A stretch of DNA of 62,703 nt, the filler included, from Circinaria calcarea (taxonomy: Eukaryota), in NCBI GenBank assembly GCA_051942165.1. It is 4 parts of 4 records of this genome, joined end to end, with 100 filler letters (N's around TTAATTAATTAA, not from the genome) between each part and the next. Parts side by side here need not be neighbours in the genome. Positions count along the whole stretch, not along the records: positions 47,158 to 62,703 come from JAVECS010000360.1; 3 more parts are not named here. One strand, written 5' to 3'. The position numbers and the translations under genes were made by a program. The first letter of the stretch is position 1. Each line of letters starts with the position of its first letter. This document shows, piece by piece, positions 51,372-62,703 of the stretch. The notes below the pieces were generated by a model. That model was not told where the DNA came from and made no database searches. It was given only the letters and a program-made list of their open reading frames with translations.

Positions 51372-54300
51372 ATGGCTGCACAGCGAGAGTCTCCTCGAGA
51401 TGCTATCCGAAACTGGCTGGCGCATACAGAACAAGCAGGTGGGACTAGGGAGGTCAGCATCGCGAGGGACGAAGGAAGAGATGGCCATAGGTCGCGATCG
51501 AGACATCGCCATAGACAGAGGCGGAGCGAGAGACATCATGAGGCGGACAACGTATCCATGCAGGGACCTAAGAGCAATACAATACACAAGGCAAGGATCA
51601 GTGAGTCGAGAATGGTGTCGCGGTTGTCATCTGCACACAGGATGCTTACGTTGCCGATGCTGACTTGATATAGCTGAAAACTTGACAGGAGTGGAGGTCC
51701 ACGACAGCTCGGGTTTAGCTAAGCGTCTCGGCCTGCATCCACCATTTCAAGCCATGGACCTCAAGCAAGTTCATCATGAGAAGCGATTAGGCCATGCGGG
51801 GACCACGCGAGATCGAAAGCGGAAGCGTAGCTCATCCGGAACCTCCTACCTTGAACCAGCTGTAATTGACGAGCCGATTAAAGCTAGAAATGATTTGCGC
51901 AATCGCGATGCGATACAGTGCCCGAAGTCTAGTCGTGGCCTTCAAGAGGATGAGAGTGAAAAAGGCCCCTCCTCCAGCACATCATCATCATCATGCCCGT
52001 CTCCAGTAAAGCCTGCTAAGACATATGAGAGGAGGGCGAGACACAAGACCAAGGAGGACCGATATGAGCTGAAGCAGGATAAGAAGTCTAAGAAAACACG
52101 GCCCAAGACGAAGGAAACAACCAAAAGAGAGGCGTCTAGAAAGGATAGAAAGCGGAAAGCACAATCTGGAGCAGCCTTGTTACACAAGTTCACAGCGAAA
52201 AACGTCGCCTCAAACCGTCTTACGGTAAGACCAATCGATATTTCTCGCCGGGAAAGGTAGCTAATGATGATAGATGAGACCTACGGCAAAACTTGGACTT
52301 TTCACCAAAGGGAGAGCATCCTCCCCTGTTCAGCGAAGAGGTCGTAAGTACTCTGCCAATACGTGAACTTGGTGACGACTCTCTTGACTAACATCACGCT
52401 TTTAGTACCGGATCTCTCGTTTTCGGAGATGACATTTCTAAACGCTCGAGGAAAGCCGGAAGAACCACTCAATGATGTTGGCGAAAAGAAAAGGTCTAGG
52501 AAAAGCAAAGCATCTAATCTGAATGACGAGATATCGCGTTTCTTTGCATCTACGAGAGAGCCGCTGGTAGAGAGAAGCCATAATATTTCTAGTCATGCGA
52601 AGGAACTACCGCCGCTTGCGGAAACTGGATCAACGTGCAGGCAGGATGTTCGACACTTGAGCGTTGCAAGATCATCGTTACCACCTATCAAATTGCCTGG
52701 AAGACCATTTTTGGGTTTCGGTGAACCAGGACCTCGTCCTTCGTCGCCGCTAAGGGACCTACGTGAAGACATTAGCGTGTCTGACTTGTGTACTAGAAGG
52801 CAACCTCAATCAGGGCCTTCTCGCTCTGCTACCTATTACACCTGGTCACAAAGTCCTGAACCAGCGCGACCGCGCCTGATGACAAGATCAGAACGCGATC
52901 TAGCAACTAAAGGATCTAAAGGATCACTAGATAGAGGTCGAGCGGGAAGAAGTCTTGGGAAAGCAAGCTCCAGTCAAATTAACAACCATCATACTTGCTG
53001 CTGCGGGAAATGCTCCACCAAGAGGGCAGATGACGGGTTGCGTTGCACTCGAATAATGCAGGAAGGGGATCCCATTGATCCTAATGGAAGCGGAAAGCCG
53101 GACATCTCCACCAGATCTACTGATCACCAAAGAGAGCTAGAGGACAACTTGGTCGGAGTATGTGATAACGATGCGAACATAGTACATTCTGGCAAATTTC
53201 AGACTCCTGCTCTAGTGGCCGAGGTTTTGGATACCCAGTTGCCTGAGAATCCAGAAGTGACACCGCAGACCAATGAGCCTAACAAGTCTATAGGAGAGGA
53301 CGAACCGTTCTCGGATACTCTGGATGCAATATTTGAAAATGTTCAAGCAGAGCTACCGCCGTTACCTACTACTAAAGGGCCTTCACAAGAGGTTATTGAA
53401 GAAGGTTTCAACATTCAACAGCCAGCTTACCAAACACCATCTCCGTTGAAGAACAAGCATCAGGGAACACCCACAACACATGGTATTGGAAGCGCACCAC
53501 AGGCCGTGAAAGGGCAAACGGGGCCAGCTCAAACAGTTCTAGAATGTAGGCATTCTCCGTACACCAAAGAAATAGCGATGACGTACCCGCAACATACACT
53601 TTCTGGATATAGAACAGCTCATCCACCGAGGATTTTTGCTCCAGTACCTTCACAGGCCCCTATTAGCGGTTACGGACGGCCTGCGACAATATATGGACAA
53701 CAGATTCAATCCGAGGACTCTAGAGCTGGTCTTCCTTATGTTCAAGACAGGGATGATAGGCATAGTTCTATATCTCGGGGTTCTCGTTCCTTGACGGCTC
53801 GCCCATATGGGACGCCCGTATCTCTCGAATCTAGGCCGTCTGAAGTCCCAGAAAGGTTACAGGGTAGTAACTTGGAGCCAGGCCGAAGAGAAGACTGGCA
53901 TTACAATAATCATCTCCATGAGAAGGGCATCACTGAAGATACGTCTGAGGGACAAGCGGCAATAGGTGGCTGCAGCATAAGCCGGAATGAACCACTCGAC
54001 AGGGATATTATCGATGATGATATTCACTACGGCTCTCATGTCCCCTTCAACCATCACGAATACATTAATGTACCCGAAGAACTCAACTCCGATCCACGTA
54101 GATCTCGACTCACTACGGCTTGCTCTCACAGCCCCTCGTTCGTTAGTGATTTCGCTCTCCCCTCCTATCAGGCACAGAGAAATCTGGGTTCGCGACACCG
54201 ACCAGTAACGGCAAGAAGCAGTAGACAGGATCAACCTGCATTCACCACCGGTATATCTCCTGAGGAGCCATCTTGGAATCTTAATTGCCGAACCCGTTCG

Positions 54301-54399
54301 ACCGTAAGCCGGGATAGCATAGGAGAGCGAGAAGATGATGTGAGACAAGATGAAGATCTGGGACCGGTGGGATTCTGGAAACCGAATAGGTTATATTGA
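51372..54399 (+). CDS. Uncharacterised, largely disordered basic/Ser-rich protein
   Basis: Frame-compatible intron 51601-51673 plus two more near 52225-52273 and 52344-52406; short conserved-looking islands YERRARHKTKEDRYE, PDLSFSEMTFL, terminal GFWKPNRLY. Confidence 0.78.
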
Positions 54400-55150
54400 G
54401 AGTTGTTTTTTTGGGGGGGGGGAGATATGTCCAGGGCTCTTTGTTAGTAAAGTCAATAGACATATTCGGAATCCCGAGAGCGATTCTATCTACATCTGGG
54501 GGAAAGGGGGGTGACGAGGGGCATTGATCATTTCATAAATGTCCTTTATCCTAATCTTATTTGACGACAAGAATAAACTATTGCCCAAGAATCCCTAACA
54601 TATCGACTACCCAAAAAAAAAACTCCTACCCTAAACCCTACACCCTAAACCCTAGTTTCCATCCCGAGTCCCGAATTCCCGGTTCTTTTAAGCTGGGATT
54701 ACCTCTTATCTTATACCATACTATCCCATATTATCCCTTCTCGTATCGTACCATCACGGAGAATAGAATGGGACAAATAGCCTGGTTTCCAACCAAGAAA
54801 AAGAAAAAAAGAGAAAGAGGGGGGATAGGGAGTTTCAATTTTTTTATTATTTCGATTCAGAAAACACCAAAACGGGGGTTCGGTTCGGTTCGGTTCCGGG
54901 TCGGGTGAGTTCGGGATCTTTTTGCTTTGCCCATTCCCCGCGAAAGTAGGGGGGGGGTTTTTTTTTAAAAAAAAAAGGTACCTGGGGGGGAGGGTTTGTT
55001 TGTTTGTTTGGTTAGGATAGGATAGGATTATATATCTTTGTAGAAGGAGACTACTAGTAGTACTAATAATCATAATAATAATCATAATAATAATAATAAT
55101 GATAAAACCCTCTCTATTTCACTCATTTCTCCCCCCCCCCTTCATTTTAC
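54400..55150. repeat. Low-complexity intergenic tract: homopolymers, (ACCCTAN)4, (GGTTC)n, (GTTT)n, (TAA)n
   Basis: Directly visible runs at ~54628-54655, 54877-54897, 54993-55009 and 55062-55100. Confidence 0.85.
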
Positions 55151-55419
55151 TTCCGCCACTCTAAAACTATGGATGACCTCCATGCCTATACCTAATGAAA
55201 TGCGCTAAAACCTGCGTGGCATACATGCCATGTGTGTAACAGCAGGGAATATGAGTTGCCCCCCCCCATCGGCAGATATTTATAGCCATGCCGCGCCATC
55301 TATAATCCAAACGAGGCCGTATAGTATATATAGATGCTATCCAAGAAATCCCACATCTCACACAAATAATTGACCATAAACGAAGAAAAAGATATTCACA
55401 AGCCAACAGCAGATATATA

Positions 55420-57536
55420 CTAAACCTCCTCTCTGACCCCGGCACCCACCACCTGCTCCTTCCCCGAGGCGCCCTTGGCATCCGCACTCCTCCTCTTCTC
55501 CTCCCTCCGCACCTTTTCCTCTCTCGCCCTCTCTACCCTCGCCTGCTCCTGCGCATCTAGTCCCGTCTTTGTAACCTGATGCGTCTTGCTCAATTGCTGC
55601 TTGCCGATTGCAAAACTAGCCGCTAATCCCACCACGGCCACGCACGTGTAGAAGATCCACATAGTGCGCAGACTTTGCGTGTAGGCCTGTGTGGCTACCT
55701 CGCGTTGAGACGGGGGAAGACGGTGCACGAGCGCGGTGTTTGCGCCCGCGGAGCCGCCGCCGAGTTCGGCCCTGACAGAGGGAGGCAAAGAAGCTAGGAC
55801 GGTGTTTTGGCGCTTGGCCATGGCGTTTTGAAAGATGACGCCGCCGATGACGACGGAAATGCTAGTGGCAAGGTTACGTGTGAAGCCAAAGGTAGCGGTC
55901 GCTGTAGCGATATCCCGTGGTTCAATGAGGGATTGGAGTGCGATGAGAGGGGCTTGGAAGTTCGGACCTACGCCGAGACCAGCGATAATTTGATAGATAA
56001 TTATACGAGGCCAAGAGGGATGCGAAGGCAAGTCGATGTAGAGTCCGAAACCGAGCGTCATAAGGACAAGGCCGGACCAGATAGGCGGCAGGTACTGGCC
56101 GGTTTTGCGGATGATCACGCCTGTTCCTGCCGCGGTGAAGGAGAGCGAAAGGACAAAGGGAAAGAGGTAGACGCCTGAGAGTAGGGGACTGGCCCCGAGG
56201 ACGGCTTGGAAGTAAAGGGGGAGGAAGAAAGATCCTGCAATAAAAACAAAGCCATGGACGAAACAGACGACAAAGGCGGCAATGTTGGAACGACGTGTGA
56301 AGAGACGCAGGGGCATTATAGGATATTTGGCTATGTAGCCTTCGTTGACGAAGAAGAGGCCAATAACCAGGATGCCGAAGACGATGAGGCAGATTACCGT
56401 GGCTGAGGCCCAGGGAAAAGTAACACCGCCAAACTCAAGACCAAAGAGAAACATGACGGTGCCGCCGACGATGAGGAGGGAGCCAATCCAATCGATGGCT
56501 CTAAGACCATCCAGGATAGGGGTTTTGGGGGTTTCAATATCAAGGAATATCAATAAGATTATGAAGGCGAGGCCGTCACATGGGACTAAAACGTATTAGC
56601 GGTTGTTTGAGCAGAATTTCCAAAACGGCGACGAACGATTTATGTACTAGGATGTGTTAGTAACAATTGCAGTGAATTCTCAGAGATGGAGGACGAACGA
56701 AACACCAGCGCCAAGACACGTAGCTTGTAAAAACCCCTCCCAAAACCGGTCCCAGCGCGGAGGCGAGGGCCCATACCATACCAATAATACCAAAATATAC
56801 GCCTCGGCTCCTTTTGAATGGTCAGATATTAGCACTCCACAAGAAGTGGACATGAGATATACCTTAAGCTGAAAAGATCACTGATGCAAATGTTTACCAG
56901 GATGATTAGCCCTCCTCCTCCGATGCCCTGGATGACTCTTCCAGCAAGCAACATCTTGATGCTGACGCTTACAGCACATATTAATGACCCGACGAAGAAG
57001 ACGACGTTCGCTACCAGTAGAACAGGCTTGCGGCCAAATATGTCGCTGACCTTACCCCACAATGGGGTAGCTGCGGCCGCGGCGAGTAGGTATGAGGACC
57101 CTATCCAGGCATAATCTGCTTCGGAGGCATGATAGTGGGCTGAGATGGTCGGTAGGGCAGTGGTTATGATAGTCTGGGATCTCTCGTCAATAACATGGAG
57201 CTGAGTAGTAGCATTGGTGGACCGACCGTGTCAAGCGCAGCCAGGAATACCGCCAGCTAGAATGCCGAACATCAGCATGAACCTCTGTGAATAATCAACA
57301 ATACCACATACACCCAATGCGGTCATCAGCAGCGCAAGATTTGCTTTGGTCCTTTTCGCCTCTGGTGGTTCCACTTTGGGTTCGACTAAAGCATCGGATA
57401 GCTCTGACGGTGTATCTGATCCACTCGTAGCCTTCTCCTTCTCCACGTTCGCAGCCGACATGTTTGCGCCAGATCCGGCTTCTGCCTCTGCTTCCAATTT
57501 TTCCGCCTGCGATGGCAAGACCTGCGTGGTTGCCAT
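55420..57536 (-). CDS. MFS drug:H+ antiporter, 14-TMS (DHA2) type
   Basis: WGKVSDIFGRKP (motif A), GRVIQGIGGGG, GPVLGG, IDWIG, FFLPLYFQAV, FTRNLATSI; about 4 introns. Confidence 0.93.
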
Positions 57537-58386
57537 TGTTGCGAAGATGCAGGAAATAGAGGTTGAATAGAACTAGAATGTAACACTCATACAAGCCAAG
57601 CAAGAGAATGACTTTGCACGCAAGTATTTTTCGTATTCGCTCTTTGAGAGTCTGGGAACGGACTTTCAGAAAGGCGAAAGCCGATATCCCCGCAAACTCA
57701 TTTGCTCGAATTTTCTTAATCCGGATAAGCTTTTTCTTACGTCATAGCCATGCCGTTTAGCCACGCTCGCCACGATCTCGGCAGATCTACTGCCGTTTTA
57801 CCAGCACATGTCCTCCGCGATGAGGCGTGTACAGTAATTCCTGTACCGGAGAACTTAAAGCGGCGTACCCTTCCAATCAGTTATTAGATCTTCGCTCTTC
57901 GTTCAAGCGCAGAAGAATGACTCGCACACGGGCATATGTTTAAACAGCAATAGGGCTTTAGATGCGAAAATAAAAATTCCGTCTATCATCGACACACCTT
58001 CTTTTGCTCGAAACAAGTAGAGCCAGCTAGGAGGAGACGAAAAAAGTTCCTGCATGCGCAGACGGTAGGATGATCAGTACCTTTGGTCAACACAATAAAA
58101 GTCACAGAAGTCACGTGGACATGTGGAACAGCATACCGCTCGCCTTGTCACTAGGTACTCCGACTGTGATGATTTAGATCAAGTAAAATGTCATTGTTTT
58201 TTCCACCCCATTCTCAAAACTATCACAGCTAAACGAAGGTGACGCCTTTAAGGGTATCGGCTGAAGCATCGCAAGCATAGCATCGTAAATGTTGCATCCG
58301 TTCAAAAGTCTTGCACACGCAGTCACCAAGCCTCGTCTCGAATCGAATCCATTTCCCACAGAAGAGAAAAAGTAAAGGAGAACACG

Positions 58387-60261
58387 TCATGCTTTGACTC
58401 TCTTCAAGCTCCCAGTCTCCTGCTGCCCGTCGCCTTCGGGACTTTTTCGCTTCCTCTCCCCATCCTCATCTCTCAGGAAACTCGGTCCGTTGCTGACTAC
58501 TGGTGTCTGGAAATTCAGCGGGCTCGGCAGCATATTGCTGTCACCTCCTGTCCGACCGAAACCCCACTCAGGATAGAATGAAGATGGTGATGGAAGAAGG
58601 CCATCCGCTACAAATCGTGAAGGTAATGCGGAAATGGGTGTCTCAATGTTGTTATTGTTGCTGTAAGCCTGGTTATTCTGACTCGCCGCGTTCATCGGTG
58701 GATGAGGTCGAGCAAAAGGATTCGGAGGCCCTTGGGCTCCCGCACTTAGCAAAGCACCTGCACTCGGTGATGGTGGAGGGAGTACAACAGCTGATGAGTG
58801 ACTAGCGTCTGTACTAGCTTTGGCTGGAGTACCAGTAGTGCCGCCGGGCGATGAAGCTGCTGTCGCACTACCGCCTTCATCTGATGGCTCACTTGGTATT
58901 TGGACCTTCAGCCTTGGTCTCTTTCCACCTTGAGCATCCCCCGCGATGAAGGAGACCGATTGACCCCGATTCGGCAGAGGTCGTTGGGCTTTCGCAGGCG
59001 GTGGAGTTGGTATTGATGGATTACTTCGCTGTACAGTACCAACATCAATTGACTGAGACCGGTTGTCCTTCTCGACCTTAATATGGTCATGTCGGGATTC
59101 TGCTGTAGTCGTTCCGCTACCCCAGTGCTGAGCCAGGAGCGATCGGCTATCATCGATTGGCGTAAAGATACTACGGGACTTTGCAGGCATGGGTTTTGGT
59201 TGCTGGGGCTGCAGTTCATGGGAGTTACGCTCTACCTCAGGTTGGGGAGGAGACGGAGTATTTCGTTGCTGTTGCTGAGAACGCTCCTGCTGCGGAAAAG
59301 CAGGTGGCATTGACTGGCGTCTCTGCTCTTGCAGATATACCTGCTGTACTTGGGAATGCTGTGGTGGTTGAGGATGGTGCGCATATGGGTACTGCTGTTG
59401 CTGGTGCTGCCCTGGTTGTTGGCCTGGGTGAGCGCCAGATTGCATTGCTTGAGCGACATGAGGATTATAAATAGATGGATTGGGCATGTAGGCAAAACCA
59501 TTGGGTGCTTGTGCTGCGTGCTGCTGCTGTGGAGGCAGAAGATTGGAGCTCGGGCGCCGAACGTCGTTTCTGGAGGTCGGACGGGATCCCAAATGAGGCT
59601 GTGGGGTGTGTTGACGTTGGTGAAATGGGATGACGCCATTACTGATGGGCGGTGATGCAGAAGGGGCATGCCTCATGTGCTGAAAGTTGGGCTGATCGTG
59701 AAGGTGTGGCGGAAGATGAGGCTCTTGAGGTAACGATTCGTCGGGCGGCGGTGTCCCCATATCATCATCGTCCTCGTCGTCCATACCCCCTTTACCGTTG
59801 AAGTCCGCAGGGCCCTTGTGTTCATGCGCTCCGCCATTGCCGCTGTACTATAGATGAGTGAGTCTTTGCGCACATCACAGATGCTTAAAGAACCTTACGT
59901 AGTTGAACCGGCCAATCGTCTCATTGATATCACCAGACGAGAATTCGTACAGCTTTTTGTTATGGCCGAATATGATCACGGCGACATCGACTGAGCACAG
60001 TACGGAAAGCTCATGAGCCTTCTTGAACAAACCGCCTTTGCGCTTTAGAAAAGTGCTAGGAAAGCCAGCCTGTCAGTCAAAGTCGCTTAATTGGTAGTGA
60101 TGCTAGGTAAGAAGTTCACGAGAGTATGATTGCCTAAGACTTAACGATACCGTGACACGAGCGCGGTGGAATAAAGATCACGTAAGAACAGCAGCGACGA
60201 CTTACACGGAGCGATTTCTGTCATCCTTGATTGCCTTGATCTCTATTTTTCTTCTCCCCAT
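58387..60261 (-). CDS. rlmA: MEF2-type MADS-box transcription factor (RlmA/Rlm1-like)
   Basis: [48 protein letters not shown]...KKLYEFSS; later [31 protein letters not shown]; introns ~60056-60205 and ~59850-59898. Confidence 0.93.
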
Positions 60262-61790
60262 GCTGCAAAGGTGTAAGAGGCGTCGCGAGGTATGCTTGAA
60301 CGGGTTGCTTTGATGCGGAGAAATGGATTGAATAGATGGACTGGAAGTTGGTGAACGGCTGAGGGTCTAACTCGATCTGCGGTCAGTCCAGTCGAAGTTA
60401 TGATGCGCCGGTCGCAAATCTCTTTTTACAGTCTTCGCACTTGAGGGAGGTGGTGCGTGTTATCTAGGTCTGGTATTGAAGTTTACCGGGTCTAGCTTTC
60501 GGGCACAGAGGCCAAACGGTCGGCGTGGGTCGAGTGCAGTGTTTTGGCGTGCGTCTGGTGTTCCTAATAATAGTTGATGAAGATCAGGGCGGATATGGGC
60601 TGTTGAAAATGTGAGGACTCGAAAAGGTGGCTAGGCGAGATTGGGCATTTGCGGAGAGATTAAAAGTTTCTCGAAGGACTTCTACCGGGGATAGCCCGTG
60701 TTTCATCTAATCGCTAATAATAAACCTGGATTTGGCTGGTTTAGCTCTCTTTTAGCTTCGATCACAACCAATTATCATACACTTATGTGTATTTTGGTCT
60801 TCGTAAAGACCAAGATCCGGCATTTCTCTATACTAGACTAGCATGTCTAATGGCAACTAATCTCATGAGGCTGCTTTGCCTCTTGAGAAGTGTGTCTATT
60901 CATGTCGTACAGCCTAAATATGTCTTGGCGCAAGAAAGATGTCTTCACGTCTCGAAAGTAGCTCCAGGAAATACCGGTAGCGCAAAGGTCTCCATCGACA
61001 GGCCAACTTCCTCGGTTCCTCTTAGGCTATCAACGGCTTGGCGCAACGTCCTCTACACTACGGAGTACAGTAATGCTCAATACTGATGTCAGTAACAACA
61101 TCAACAGATCGTTCCTGGATCTCGGAATCTAACATAGGTAGAGATCTTCAAGTTTCCATTTCCAGCTGGAACTCACCTCTGAGTACCATATATGGCTTCG
61201 GCGTCTATCCTATGATGAAAGCACGTTGGAGATCAATGCGGCTCTTCAGATCCTGGCCCACCCGGGACATTAGCCCGGATTTATTTTTGGTACCCACGCC
61301 CTCTCCACGTTCCGACCGAATGATCGTGCATACGAACAGATCTACCTTGGACGTGTTTATGACACCACCTCTGAGAAAATAGGTACACATGCATGACCGC
61401 CACGAGGTTAAGTGTCAATCGGGGGCTGTCTCCGAAGTAGAACCGCCACCATGGATGAGCTGTCAGCAGAGGCAATGAGACTGCATGAAGATACGCGCTG
61501 TTCAAGAAGTTGCCATGTTTTCCAACAAAGACATCATGTCGGCAACGGTAATTACGGGATGCTTTGGATCGACGTGACAACACATCATTCTATTCCGGAT
61601 AAAATCCAGGGAATTTGCAGTTGCAGCTGAGAATTTTGAACCAGTAAAGAAGAATAATCTGTCTCCTGTCTACACCTCTTATGTCTCTACATTTGGATAG
61701 AAGGCACGATCAGAACCCGGTACTTGGCTCAATGGTAATCCACACCGGCGGACCTCCCCTTCATCCCCTCCACCCCAAAAAATCCCCATC

Positions 61791-62296
61791 TCAAGTCTTC
61801 TGAGGATTATGGCCCCAATTCTTCAAACTCTTCGCACTCTTACTATTCGGATCCTGCTTGGCTTTGCCCTCCTGCGCCAGATGCCTCTTGCAATACGCGA
61901 CTACTTTCCTCATATGCGCGATATCTTCCTCGTCATACTTGTCCGGATCTTTGTCGGGATTCTTCTTCAAGATCCCGACGATCTTGCGACCGCTGTGGCC
62001 CAACCCAGTGAATCAGTTTGTGCAAACATGGTTGACGGGATTAGGAGGAATTTTGAAAAGGGGGAATAATGATATAGATAGACATACCTCTCATGCCCGA
62101 TTGTCTCTCCTGACTCATCGGCCTTTTTCCAGCCGGCACCGGCGGAGGCTTCTTCTCCAAGCCAGCTTTCCAGTTCGTCGGCGGACATGTTGACCAGTTC
62201 GTTCCATTCCCTATTGCCAGAGACCGAATTAGAGATTGGAGTCGCTCTTTTGAGACTCTCGACTTACTCAATGACGGTCTGATTATCCTTGACCAT
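61791..62296 (-). CDS. DUF3140-like small protein
   Basis: MVKDNQTVIE|EWNELVNMSADELESWL...ETIGHESGRKIV...HMRKVVAYCKRHLAQ...SLKNWGHNP; two introns. Confidence 0.85.
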
Positions 62297-62703
62297 GCTG
62301 GACTATCTACACTAAAAACGATTCCCCTTTATACGCTTCGAGTCTTCTCCTCTTGAAAGTTACTTTGTGGTTTCTATATGAACTTGAAATCCCTAGACTT
62401 TGGCACGCCCACCCGTCATGATCCAAAAGTCCCCTCCCCAAAAGTAGTAGAATAATTACGTCACGACCCCCCAAAACCCCCCCCAAAGGGCGGATTCTTT
62501 CTTTGCCGCAAAAGGGAACCCGCTTAGGCATATTCGTTCGGACTCTGCAAACATGGGCCTCGATATCTACAGTAATATCTACCGTGCTAAGACCGGCAAA
62601 CTAGAAGCAGTCAACCAAAATTCCACAAATTCTACAAGACTACTATACCTTTCCCTTCCCCCCCCTAAAAAAATAAACACCAATCTACATAGAACTCTTC
62701 CCC

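Noticed and set aside
61088..61395. Protein-like frame with a single in-frame TAG (61271) as a pseudogene or A-to-I stop-correction target
   Set aside because: About 80 codons with one stop is not far from chance, and I recognise no homology.

Overview
Filamentous ascomycete (Pezizomycotina-type) nuclear DNA with short GT-AG introns and CTRAC/CTAAT branch points. The window is not one locus. Three identical 100-bp artificial linkers (N44-TTAATTAATTAA-N44) join four contigs of 15,665, 15,641, 15,551 and 15,546 bp, in descending size order, so adjacency across linkers is meaningless. Contig 1: BRCT protein, small membrane protein, DUF3020-like protein, SWP1, SDR dehydrogenase, small HTH-like protein, intronless PD-(D/E)XK-like ORF. 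Contig 2: gene-poor 3.6 kb, PDR-type ABC transporter, LOV photoreceptor, GH76. Contig 3: STE20/GCK kinase (truncated), complex I 49 kDa subunit, RPC40, UBA3, GGCT/AIG2-like protein, TEL2 (truncated). Contig 4: ChaC (truncated), glycine-rich RRM protein, uncharacterised protein, MFS drug transporter, MEF2-type MADS factor, DUF3140-like protein. I found no tRNA, rRNA, CRISPR or intact transposon, and I cannot support a new multi-gene system. The best leads are a long, structured kinase intron with two competing pairing partners and an open frame, a LOV photoreceptor lacking an evident polybasic membrane helix, and a nuclease-fold orphan. Gene models were spliced by eye and family calls come from motif recognition, with no database search.
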